From: an uncultured Candidatus Saccharibacteria bacterium
GTDB taxonomy: Bacteria; Patescibacteriota; Saccharimonadia; Saccharimonadales; UBA10212
Assembly (NCBI GenBank): GCA_965231085.1
Contig: OZ246413.1
Span: 475,234 to 539,233 of the forward strand
Direction of reading: 5' to 3'
Length of the DNA: 64,000 nucleotides
This document shows positions 24,095-32,750 of this stretch, piece by piece. The notes beneath the pieces were generated by a model, which did not search any database, was not told the DNA's origin, and saw nothing but the letters and a program-made list of their open reading frames with translations. Within the stretch, counting starts at the first letter, position 1; every line of letters begins with the position of its first letter. Made by a program: the position numbers and the translations under genes.

Positions 24095-24125
24095 CAACAA
24101 AAAACCGGACTGCTGTAGTCCGGTT
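24095..24125 (-). terminator. intrinsic terminator (minus strand) downstream of typA
   Basis: Minus strand reads CCGGACT-ACAGC-AGTCCGG followed by TTTTTTGTTG. Confidence 0.6.
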
Positions 24126-24278
24126 GTCGTTTTGCTTAAATTGTTGGTGGTTTAGCTTATGACTATTAGAACTACAGCAGCTGCTCGTCAATGACGAGTA
24201 GGCCGAGGCTCATAATCACACGCTTTGGTACCATAGCTAACATTTATACTATGCTAAAAACCTAATTGCAACTTTAGG

Positions 24279-26099
24279 TTAAACTTTTGGTGCGCGCTTG
24301 CGCTTATTGTGATCCAGCTCACGCTTACGCAGGCGCAAGGATTTTGGAGTTACTTCTAGTAGTTCATCGTTTTCTAGAAAATCTAGGCACTGCTCAAGGC
24401 TAAAAATAGTTGGTGGAGTTAGCTGCACTGTGCCATCGCTAGAGCTGCTTCGCATATTAGTTAGGTGCTTAGCTTTGCACACATTTATTTCCATGTCTTC
24501 TTGGCGTTTATTAATACCCACAATTTGACCAGCATAAACTTTCTCGGCAGGGCCCACAAAGGATGTTCCGCGGGTTTCGGCAGTTTCCAGGGCGTATGGT
24601 GTAGTAATGCCGGCTTCCCAGGCTATTAATACTCCGTTTCGTAGTTGAGCCAGACTCTGGCCAAGCGGCGCATAACCAATCATCAAGGTATTCATAATTA
24701 CCGTGCCTTTGGTGTTGGTAATAAGTATGTTGCGCAGTCCAAGTAAAGCGCGGGTTGGTAGCTCGTAAATTAGTTTTGTTACACCCTTAGGGCTGGCAAA
24801 TTGTTCTTTTAGGGTTGCCCGGCGGGCACCAAGTTCTTGCTGGACGGTACCAACGTGTTCAGCTGGTACTTCTATAATCAGTTCCTCAATTGGTTCCATA
24901 GTCTGGCCGTTTTCCTCATGTGTAACCACTTGAGGGCGGCCAACTTCAAACTCATAGCCTTCACGGCGCAGTGTTTCTATAAGTACCGATAGGTGCAGTT
25001 CGCCGCGCCCAGACACATTAAAGCCAATAGCGCTTTCCTCTACTCGCAGGCCCACATTGGTTTCTAGTTCTTTTTTAAGCCGATCTCCAATTTGGCGACT
25101 CGTACTAAACTCGCCTTCAGTCCCTTTAAACGGGCTAGTATTTGGGCCAAGATAAATCTTTAGGGTTGGAGCTTCTACTTCCATAACGGGCAGAGCTTCT
25201 GGGTTATCGTTGTCAGCAATTGTTTCACCAATTTGAACATCGGCCATCCCGGTAAGTTGCACTAGGTCGCCAGCAATACCTTCGACTACATCTACCTTGC
25301 CCACACCATGGCTAATCATAATGTTATCGACTTTAGTTTTAACAATCGAGCCGTCTATTTTACAAACCGATACTTGGTCGCCCACTTTTACACGCCCTCT
25401 GGTGATGCGTCCTATGGCGTATTTGCCCTTAAAGCTATCCCAGGCTAGAGCACTTACTAGCATCTGGAAAGGTTTATCAATTTCTACAGTTGGCGCTGGC
25501 ACTTTGTTTATAATGGCGTCAAATATTGGGGTTAAGTCGGCTGGAGCTGACGGATCAGTTGGCACTGCGTCCCAAGCTTTGCCTTCGCGACCAATGGCGT
25601 AATAAATCGGGTAATGCAGCTGGTCTTCGTGTACGGCTAGCTCCAAAAACAGGTCGGCAATTTCATTTTCTACCTCTTTTAGTCGTGAACCGGGCTTATC
25701 AATTTTATTTATAATTACAATTGGTTTTAGCTCGGATGCCAGAGCTTTAGTAAGTACAAACTTGGTTTGTGGCATTGGGCCTTCCTGCGCATCTACAATT
25801 AGCAGGCAGCCATCGGCCATGTTAATGGTACGTTCAACCTCGCCGGAAAAATCGGCATGGCCGGGAGTGTCGATAATATTTATGCGGTAGTCGTTGTGCT
25901 GTACGGCGGTAACTTTGGCGGTAATAGTAATACCTCGCTCACGCTCTTGATCGCCGCTGTCCATTATGAGCTCTTGGCTCATTTCGGCTTGGTTGTCGCG
26001 AAAAGTTTTGGATTGCTTTAATAAACCATCAACGAGAGTGGTCTTGCCGTGGTCAACGTGAGCGATAATTGCGATATTGCGAATTTTGTCTGGAGTCAT
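24279..26099 (-). CDS. typA: translational GTPase TypA/BipA
   Basis: G motifs AHVDHGKTTL, DTPGHADF, NKIDK. 606 aa with an EF-G-like domain order. Confidence 0.9.
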   Translation of the reverse strand: MTPDKIRNIAIIAHVDHGKTTLVDGLLKQSKTFRDNQAEMSQELIMDSGDQERERGITITAKVTAVQHNDYRINIIDTPGHADFSGEVERTINMADGCLLIVDAQEGPMPQTKFVLTKALASELKPIVIINKIDKPGSRLKEVENEIADLFLELAVHEDQLHYPIYYAIGREGKAWDAVPTDPSAPADLTPIFDAIINKVPAPTVEIDKPFQMLVSALAWDSFKGKYAIGRITRGRVKVGDQVSVCKIDGSIVKTKVDNIMISHGVGKVDVVEGIAGDLVQLTGMADVQIGETIADNDNPEALPVMEVEAPTLKIYLGPNTSPFKGTEGEFSTSRQIGDRLKKELETNVGLRVEESAIGFNVSGRGELHLSVLIETLRREGYEFEVGRPQVVTHEENGQTMEPIEELIIEVPAEHVGTVQQELGARRATLKEQFASPKGVTKLIYELPTRALLGLRNILITNTKGTVIMNTLMIGYAPLGQSLAQLRNGVLIAWEAGITTPYALETAETRGTSFVGPAEKVYAGQIVGINKRQEDMEINVCKAKHLTNMRSSSSDGTVQLTPPTIFSLEQCLDFLENDELLEVTPKSLRLRKRELDHNKRKRAPKV

Positions 26100-26110
26100 G
26101 ATTTACCTAA

Positions 26111-26135
26111 TTAAAAAGGCGCTGTTTTTAGCGCC
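26111..26135 (-). terminator. terminator-like hairpin 12 nt upstream of the typA start
   Basis: Minus strand reads GGCGCT-AAAAAC-AGCGCC followed by TTTTTAATTAGG, then ATG. It could end the upstream transcript or act as a leader attenuator. Confidence 0.45.
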
Positions 26136-26417
26136 ACTTATCGTAACAACTAGAGTTATTATAGCAGTTTATCTCTATAAAGTATAGGCATAAGTTCTTT
26201 TTCAAAGAACTAAATACTTCCAACTTTGGGTTGCCAAAGTTAGGCAAAGCAACCGGGCTACGTTCAATATCAGATTGAATCTAAATTCCTAAAACCTGCG
26301 CAAAACAACGATAAACGGCCTCGTTCTTTTTCTGTATGAGAAACTCGGCACGGTTTTGCTTTATTCAGATTTTAGTTTATTCATTTTCATCTGTATTGAG
26401 CCGATGCCCGGACCCGA

Positions 26418-27212
26418 CTAACCCCAAATTAATCTAACGAGAGTTTTTAACCTGAGCCACCGGCTAGTTTCGACTGTATAATCCCTTATGCCTTTTTTTG
26501 TTAGTACTTTGCGCTGCTGCTCAGTATAAGCAGGCTTGTATTTTCTGAACATGCCCCCAACAAGTTTGTTGTGCAATAGTTTTTTTGCATCCTGAACGTA
26601 TTGCTGAAACTGTTTAAGATCTTCTACGTTAGCATTGACCACATCTCTGATGGCATTAAATAATTGTGGGCTGGTATTCTGTCCCCCGGTCATTCCAGCC
26701 GGGAAGGGGTTTGTCCATATAAGTAGATAGTTGGCTCTCCCTAAAGCGTTACCAATCCTAATATGTTCTTTATTCAACGAAGTAGCCACAGTGCTAAAAT
26801 CGTGAGCAATTATAGGGTCAGTCGCAAGCTTGTTAATAATTTCCGTACCTTTAGATTGATACTTTTCTACTTCCTCAATTAGTTTGTTTATTGCCACATA
26901 CTTCTTCTCAACATCTTTTTTAGCCTCTTCGGCCTGTGTATCAATCTCCGCTGGGTTGCTGGGACTTAGTTGAGTTCTGTATTTCTCCCCTATATTACTC
27001 AGGAGATTAATAACCTCATTGTACGATGTTATCGTTGAGGAGAGTGTCTGATATAGCTCGTCTAGTTTGACATTAAAGTCTTTATTAAGATCTACCCTCC
27101 TATTCAGAAAAAGCTGCCTTCTGTACGCACCAAGGCCACTTACTAAGGCTATGAGTCCTACGATGACTGTCGGGTCTGTTAGTTTGTTTGCTACTTCATT
27201 CCATAATGTCAT
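26418..27212 (-). CDS. hypothetical membrane-anchored coiled-coil protein next to the R-M pair
   Basis: 264 aa: N-terminal TM helix (VIVGLIALVSGLGAY) then helical/charged sequence. No family recognised. Confidence 0.55.
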   Translation of the reverse strand: MTLWNEVANKLTDPTVIVGLIALVSGLGAYRRQLFLNRRVDLNKDFNVKLDELYQTLSSTITSYNEVINLLSNIGEKYRTQLSPSNPAEIDTQAEEAKKDVEKKYVAINKLIEEVEKYQSKGTEIINKLATDPIIAHDFSTVATSLNKEHIRIGNALGRANYLLIWTNPFPAGMTGGQNTSPQLFNAIRDVVNANVEDLKQFQQYVQDAKKLLHNKLVGGMFRKYKPAYTEQQRKVLTKKGIRDYTVETSRWLRLKTLVRLIWG

Positions 27213-27267
27213 ACAGTAAATTTTGGGCTACTATTTAATTTTTGCAAGCACAAGCAAAATGGGGATT

Positions 27268-27894
27268 TTATTTTCTGGATTCTTGGAAAATTTTCTCTAC
27301 GAGTTCTTTTCGAGCGTAAAAAGCACGACTAATTGAGCCGTGCCCGGGCCCTTTAGTTCGAGCTTGAATCCATTTACCATCGCTGCCAGTAAGCGCATCA
27401 AAACCGTGTGCTCTTAGTTTGTTTCTAATAAATTCATAGTCTTGCTCAATTTCTTTTATAAGTTCTGAGTCTTCAACAAAATCCATGCTAGTAACATCTA
27501 TCAGGATTGCTGATTGTGAATTCGTTTCTTTCCATTCAATTGCACACAATACCAACGACTTCAGCTTAGCCCAGCAGTGACTTTCAAAAAAAGAATGTTG
27601 CAATAATTCATCGGGGTTAATCATAGTGATAGCCATAGTTTCTTTTGGAACGTACGTGTTTATGCCTGTTTTTCTAAAACTAACTGATTTCAATTCAAAC
27701 GATAAACCATTTGGAGCCTTCTTGGAATTATTAGAAAGACCCGCCAACTTCTCGAGAACTAAACCTTTCCATCCTTTATTTTGCCTACCTGTTTCATAAG
27801 TCGTAACTCCGTTTTCAACAGCCAAAGTACGTAGGTCTTGCCCGATATATTGCCTCAAATTGTTGATAGCGACGGCCCGTGTTACTATTTTCAC
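27268..27894 (-). CDS. type II restriction endonuclease, MutH/Sau3AI-like fold
   Basis: NKGWKGLVLEKLAG...APNGLSFELKSV resembles the MutH/Sau3AI core (DKGWVGxLLExxLG...ELKT). The GTG start overlaps the methyltransferase TGA stop (GTGA at 27891-27894). Confidence 0.65.
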   Translation of the reverse strand: MKIVTRAVAINNLRQYIGQDLRTLAVENGVTTYETGRQNKGWKGLVLEKLAGLSNNSKKAPNGLSFELKSVSFRKTGINTYVPKETMAITMINPDELLQHSFFESHCWAKLKSLVLCAIEWKETNSQSAILIDVTSMDFVEDSELIKEIEQDYEFIRNKLRAHGFDALTGSDGKWIQARTKGPGHGSISRAFYARKELVEKIFQESRK

Positions 27895-28763
27895 AAAATT
27901 TTTCCTTGTTTGATTTGATCTTTATACCTTTTGACTGATAAATCAAGGTAATCTTTTTCTAGGTCAATGCCAATAAACTTTCGTCCGTGCTTTGTTGCCA
28001 CTATTCCAGTGGTTGAGCTTCCACTGAAGGGGTCGAGAATAACATCGCCTTTATTCGTGGATGATAGTATTATGCGTTCGAGTAAGGCAACCGGTTTTTG
28101 TGTCGGGTGTTTGCCATAAATTTTTTCTTCTCGTTTTGGTGTGCCAAGCGCCCATACAGAACGCATTTGCTTTCCTTTTTCGTGAATTATCTCAACCGAT
28201 TCCTCTTTACCAGTAATTTTGCTTCTAAAAACTTTTCTATAGTTATCTTCCCAGTCTTTCATAACTTCATAGTTAAAAGTATGTTTGCCCTTCGGATTTT
28301 TGCGCGCCCACAATAATGTTTCGTGACTAGCTGTAAAAAATCTGCAGCTCAAATTTGGTGAGGCGTTTGGCTTGAACCATGCAATATCATTAAGTATTTT
28401 GTAGCCCAAAAGCTGAATGGCATAACCACATTGATAGATTGAGTGATATGTCCCACTTACCCAAATTGTGCCGTTTGGTTTGAGCACTCGGTAGCATTCT
28501 TCAAGCCACCTAGTATGAAACGCGAAGTCTGCTTCGACGCCCTCGCTCTCGTCCCATTTACCTTTGTTCACACTCACACGCCTACCAGCGTGGACTGTAA
28601 AACCACCATTTGAAAGATTGTATGGCGGATCGGCAAAAATCATATCAATACTATTTTCAGGTATTTGTTTTAGAAGCTCGATTGAGTCGTCTTCATAGAG
28701 GACGAAATTCTTGTCCGCAAAAAAAGGCTTTGTAGTGATTCCCCCGAGTATTTTCTGACTCAT
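27891..28763 (-). CDS. DNA methyltransferase, beta-class N6-adenine/N4-cytosine
   Basis: Motif IV FADPPYNL precedes motif I ILDPFSGSSTTG (the beta-class order). 290 aa. Confidence 0.85.
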   Translation of the reverse strand: MSQKILGGITTKPFFADKNFVLYEDDSIELLKQIPENSIDMIFADPPYNLSNGGFTVHAGRRVSVNKGKWDESEGVEADFAFHTRWLEECYRVLKPNGTIWVSGTYHSIYQCGYAIQLLGYKILNDIAWFKPNASPNLSCRFFTASHETLLWARKNPKGKHTFNYEVMKDWEDNYRKVFRSKITGKEESVEIIHEKGKQMRSVWALGTPKREEKIYGKHPTQKPVALLERIILSSTNKGDVILDPFSGSSTTGIVATKHGRKFIGIDLEKDYLDLSVKRYKDQIKQGKIL

Positions 28764-28891
28764 TCCCTTAATTTTAACCTTTGGACGGGGGGATGGCTAT
28801 TGTATTTTTGTGAAGCGAGGGACCTTTGGGTTCTGCCATTTGGGACAATAGGGATATTTACTTTTTTGGTAAATTGTTGTATAACGAGGCT

Positions 28892-30106
28892 ATGAGAGAA
28901 CTGCAGCTCACCGAAGTTAGTTACCTATCGACTGCTGGTGGCTATGAGGTAGTTGAAGGTACGCCAACAACACAGCGGGGCATTTATGAACCGACTGTTG
29001 ATTACGATGACCTGCTGCGACGAATCGAAGAAGCTAACGAGACGTATAAAGTTATCACCAGCTCCGATGGCCGACGTTACGAAGTCGCCATATTTAATGC
29101 CGAGCAGCGAGAAACTGCACGTGTAGTTAAGCCATCTACTAGTTTTTCTAGTTTATATAAGAACCCGGCTAACGCACTGGAAACTGCTCTAACTGCAACT
29201 ATCAACCCCGAGGCCGCCTACATTTACGTGGGTTCTTTTGGTAACCACCCAACTGGCCACCTACGCCCAAGCGAACTTGCCTACATTGCTAAAACTGGGC
29301 GCTACTCCACAGGCAATGGCACGTCCGAACAACCATACAAAGTTCTGGACAGCGTCGTAGATTTGGCAAAAACACTTACTGAACACGACCTTGCGCCAAC
29401 TCACCTATCGGGTAATGTCGAGGCTGGTAGATTGGCGTTGGCTCTAATGACTGCCCTACCAGAAAATACAATTAGGGGCGCCTACTTAAATGGTCTTGAC
29501 GGCATTTCTTCCGACACACACTATATGGCACCAAAATTAATCGAAGATATGCAAAGTCGAATAGTCCGGCATGGCAAAGACGGCCGCCCCGGCGAAATGA
29601 CAACCGCCAATATTGACGATGTTAAGCAACGCATGCCAAGAATTTACCATGGTCTTGGGCGGATCGCCCACTATGCACCGTTACCTGTGTTCCTATTCCC
29701 ACGTGATGTAATAGACAAGCTAGCCGTTACCCAAGGCTTTAGGCAGCATAACCACTTAGGCGATCTTGCAAACCATGCGGTTTATCATGATCTATTGGCG
29801 GCACTATATAACCAAGAAACAACCATAACCATGCAGTTTAATAGCGAAAGCGCTATTCATAGTCTCGAGGCTTGCAAAAAATTCGGCAAAATAATTATGG
29901 ATGGTTTACCTGAAGAAAAACGAGACACTCGCCAGGTACGACTATGGATTGGCGAGGGCAAACTAGACCAAAATACTGACGCGCCTTATGAATACGCTCG
30001 GCTCGAAGGCCTGGCCTTCCCCGACATTATGCAGCGAATGGCAGTTATAGTTGGATCGGCGGGCAAGCTGGCTCTGCCACTCCAACCAATCGCCAGAACC
30101 GCCTAA
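28892..30106 (+). CDS. hypothetical protein (about 404 aa)
   Basis: Long uninterrupted frame. The ATG at 28892 is preceded by ACGAGG; the track ORF starts at a TTG at 28826. No motif I recognise. Somewhat higher GC than its neighbours by eye. Confidence 0.6.
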   Translation: MRELQLTEVSYLSTAGGYEVVEGTPTTQRGIYEPTVDYDDLLRRIEEANETYKVITSSDGRRYEVAIFNAEQRETARVVKPSTSFSSLYKNPANALETALTATINPEAAYIYVGSFGNHPTGHLRPSELAYIAKTGRYSTGNGTSEQPYKVLDSVVDLAKTLTEHDLAPTHLSGNVEAGRLALALMTALPENTIRGAYLNGLDGISSDTHYMAPKLIEDMQSRIVRHGKDGRPGEMTTANIDDVKQRMPRIYHGLGRIAHYAPLPVFLFPRDVIDKLAVTQGFRQHNHLGDLANHAVYHDLLAALYNQETTITMQFNSESAIHSLEACKKFGKIIMDGLPEEKRDTRQVRLWIGEGKLDQNTDAPYEYARLEGLAFPDIMQRMAVIVGSAGKLALPLQPIARTA

Positions 30107-30132
30107 AAGCAAAAGACTTGATCCTTGGAGGG

Positions 30133-30393
30133 CTATTTGTTCTTCCAACGCTCGAGTTTAGGAATTCCGTTGGTAGCCATCCGAGCTAAGAAAGTAGGCC
30201 AATGTTTTTCCTTGGTCAGTATGCCCATGCAAAAAATTTGCATTTGGTCGACTGTGGCGTCTTTCCAAGTAAACTCACCATTTTTATAGCAATTAATGCA
30301 GTATTTTTCACTTTTGCTTTCATCTTTTTCGGTACCTTTTTGGTCTTGGTTTTTTAGCGGCATGCCGCAACTTTGACACATTTGCCTGGCCAT
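30133..30393 (-). CDS. zinc-ribbon domain protein
   Basis: 86 aa with two CxxC pairs (CQSCGMP, CINCY) and AAGGAGG before the ATG. Confidence 0.7.
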   Translation of the reverse strand: MARQMCQSCGMPLKNQDQKGTEKDESKSEKYCINCYKNGEFTWKDATVDQMQIFCMGILTKEKHWPTFLARMATNGIPKLERWKNK

Positions 30394-30527
30394 AATATTA
30401 GCCTCCTTACATCTTTATAATACCCCTACAAAAGCTAATAATGTAGATGTTTCACGAATTTATAAAATTGATTCCGAGGGGGAGGCGCCTGGCTAGCTGC
30501 CAGACACCCCCCTTACTCGGCTTGCCG

Positions 30528-30929
30528 TCAGACGGGTGCCAAGACGATGCGCCCGGCACGACGCACGAAGCGATGACGCTGGCGACGGTGACGACGAGAG
30601 ATCGACGTCTGCGGACGCAGCTTGACGGTAGTCCAGGGGCTGTGGCCGTCCAACCACTCGAGCTGCCCGGTTACCGGGTTCATCCTGGTCACGTACTTGT
30701 AGCACTCGCAGCAGGTGCCGACCATCACACCATCGGCCCTGGTGACCCAGATCTTGGCGATGCAGCACGGCGAGACGAGCTTGCTGGCAGTCTCCAACGC
30801 CTTCACCGGGTTCGTGATCCCCTTGAAGCTCAGGGACGGACCTTTGCCTCGCTGCCTCTGCCGGCGCGCATGGGCCACCACGTAAGCGGCGGACCCTACC
30901 GGGTACTTACTCAGGTCACCTCGCTTCAT
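30528..30929 (-). CDS. 133-aa basic Cys-rich hypothetical protein, GC-rich cassette C
   Basis: GAGAGGAG lies upstream of the ATG at 30929. Third codon positions are mostly G/C. Product MKRGDLSKYPVGSAAYVVAHARRQRQRGKG...SPCC...TCCECYKY...RRHRRQRHRFVRRAGR. The antisense 177-aa ORF lacks this bias. Confidence 0.65.
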   Translation of the reverse strand: MKRGDLSKYPVGSAAYVVAHARRQRQRGKGPSLSFKGITNPVKALETASKLVSPCCIAKIWVTRADGVMVGTCCECYKYVTRMNPVTGQLEWLDGHSPWTTVKLRPQTSISRRHRRQRHRFVRRAGRIVLAPV

Positions 30930-30960
30930 GGGAAGCGCTCCTCTCAGTCGACTGAGGGAT

Positions 30961-30989
30961 ATTATAAAACGAAAACATAAATATCTCAA
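30961..30989 (-). promoter_or_regulatory. near-consensus promoter for cassette C
   Basis: Minus strand reads TTGAGA (30989-30984), 17 nt, TATAAT (30966-30961), followed by the palindrome CTCAGTCGACTGAG and the RBS. Confidence 0.45.
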
Positions 30990-31123
30990 GCATACTCTAG
31001 TTTATTCGGTATATCTTTTTGACATGCTCAACGATGTGAACCAGACCACCCATAGCTCGCTAAACTCAAGAATACAGGGGCAATTTGAAGAGAGTATAAT
31101 TAGAGTAGACAAGGGGATAATTT

Positions 31124-31489
31124 ATGCAAATAAAAAATATATTAGAAGAAGCCAAAACAAACGAGTATTTTAGGCATGTACTCGCCACCAGCAAACATAC
31201 ACAGGTGGTCATTATGAGTATCCCAGCCGGGGGCGAAATTGGCGAAGAGACCCATGAGGATAATGACCAGATCCTGTATTTAGTTGAGGGCGCCGGGCAA
31301 GTTACCTTGGACGGCGTAGCCAGCGACTATAACGCCGGCGATGTAGTGCTTGTTCCGGCTGGCACCAAGCATAATTTTGTAAACAAGGGCGACTCCCCAA
31401 TGAAAATAATTACTACCTACAGCCCACCACACCACCCAGACGGCACCATTCATAAAACCAAAGCCGAAGCCGACTCCGCCGGTTACTAA
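31124..31489 (+). CDS. cupin-domain protein
   Basis: 121 aa with cupin motifs GGEIGEETHEDNDQILYLVEG and VVLVPAGTKHNF. Confidence 0.8.
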   Translation: MQIKNILEEAKTNEYFRHVLATSKHTQVVIMSIPAGGEIGEETHEDNDQILYLVEGAGQVTLDGVASDYNAGDVVLVPAGTKHNFVNKGDSPMKIITTYSPPHHPDGTIHKTKAEADSAGY

Positions 31490-31498
31490 GCCTGTTCT

Positions 31499-31939
31499 TT
31501 AAGAAGCAAGCTGCTGCTGAGCATGAGTAATAATTAACTCTACATTTGTAGCCGCATCTAGCCAGTGGTTACCCAAGCAAAAAGTTAAGGCGTCCTCAAG
31601 ATCTTCTAGATAGTCTTCCATACGCCCGGTGTCACGTCTGATCGACGCCATACTCAGCAGTAAGCCTAGCTGGGCATATGTATAACCTTTGCCTTTAGCC
31701 TGCGAGACGTACTCGATACCTAGATCGTTGTACATTGTAATAAGATCCAAGTATTTTTGTTTGTCACCAGATTTAAATGCCGCAATCGCTTCTTCGCGAA
31801 GGCCTCTTAAAACATCTGTTTCAACGTATCCATATTTTTCCGCAAGCACGCTGCCAGCTTCCTGCGGAATATCGGTGTCTTCTGGCTGCGGGAGTACGGG
31901 CACCCCGGTTGTATTTGTTTCGGGTGCAGATTCTGTCAT
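31499..31939 (-). CDS. hypothetical acidic protein
   Basis: 146-aa ORF, helical/acidic, no family recognised. Confidence 0.5.
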   Translation of the reverse strand: MTESAPETNTTGVPVLPQPEDTDIPQEAGSVLAEKYGYVETDVLRGLREEAIAAFKSGDKQKYLDLITMYNDLGIEYVSQAKGKGYTYAQLGLLLSMASIRRDTGRMEDYLEDLEDALTFCLGNHWLDAATNVELIITHAQQQLAS

Positions 31940-31979
31940 GTAGGTATCATAACAAACCTAGGTTGTGGTGTAGTTCTTA

Positions 31980-32663
31980 CTAAAGGCCAGCAGGCGGGCA
32001 GCTTGGTTGAGTGATCATGCTCTCGGCAGTGGCATAAACATTGCCCAGTGAGTCACTAAGTGTTGACGTAACGTACATGCCCTGCACTCCGCCAGTGCCA
32101 ACACCACTCATTGGGAGATATCCGCTCTGCGGAATTGTGATGTCCATTGAACCACCCCGACCATTAGCAGAAGCCTCGACTGTTAGCGTCATGCCTGGCA
32201 AACCACTGCCCCACGCACTACAACCGTCGGCTGAAACACTGGCCATGAATCTTGCACCGACCGGTGTTCTTGGAGTCACAGCAATAACGCTAGACGGAGT
32301 TGGATCCACTTGTCCATCGGCGCTAACAGCTCGAACCTGTATCAAGTGGCTTAGAGGTTTAGCGTAGGTGCCAGCAAGGCCGTGCCAGGTTATGCCTGTA
32401 CTGCAACCTTTCCATGGGCCGTCGTCGAGTTTACATTGGAATTTAGGTAGAGTATAGGTTGCTGACTGATCAGCGGTAAAGTACAGCTGCATGGTACTAT
32501 CCTGAGCAATACTAGCGCCTATGTAGGTTTCTGGTGGATTAGAAAAAGCGTTAGCTGGCTTAAGATTTATAAAACTGATCGCCAGTGCTGCCAAGAGAGC
32601 AATCCCAAGAACAGTTAGTTTGTTCAGTCCGAGCTGTCGAGCGATGTTGTTATATGTTTTCAT
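31980..32663 (-). CDS. secreted hypothetical protein
   Basis: 227 aa with an N-terminal signal/TM segment (LTVLGIALLAALAISFINL). Confidence 0.55.
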   Translation of the reverse strand: MKTYNNIARQLGLNKLTVLGIALLAALAISFINLKPANAFSNPPETYIGASIAQDSTMQLYFTADQSATYTLPKFQCKLDDGPWKGCSTGITWHGLAGTYAKPLSHLIQVRAVSADGQVDPTPSSVIAVTPRTPVGARFMASVSADGCSAWGSGLPGMTLTVEASANGRGGSMDITIPQSGYLPMSGVGTGGVQGMYVTSTLSDSLGNVYATAESMITQPSCPPAGL

Positions 32664-32750
32664 AACCTAATAATATAACCAAATCAGGATATGTCAAAGG
32701 CTACCTTATCAGATGAATCACGTTGTAGTTTTTATCGGCCTATCAATAAA

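Noticed and set aside
24205-24225. TGGTACCAAAGCG in the cassette B leader, resembling the T-box TGGTACCGCG motif.
   Set aside because: It sits at the 5' start of the leader rather than overlapping the terminator, and no specifier loop or other T-box elements are present.
30447-30980. 177-aa plus-strand ORF and 91-aa minus ORF overlapping cassette C.
   Set aside because: They are antisense or out of frame to the ORF that has the RBS, promoter and GC3 bias. Their composition (runs of R, P, G, A) is not protein-like.
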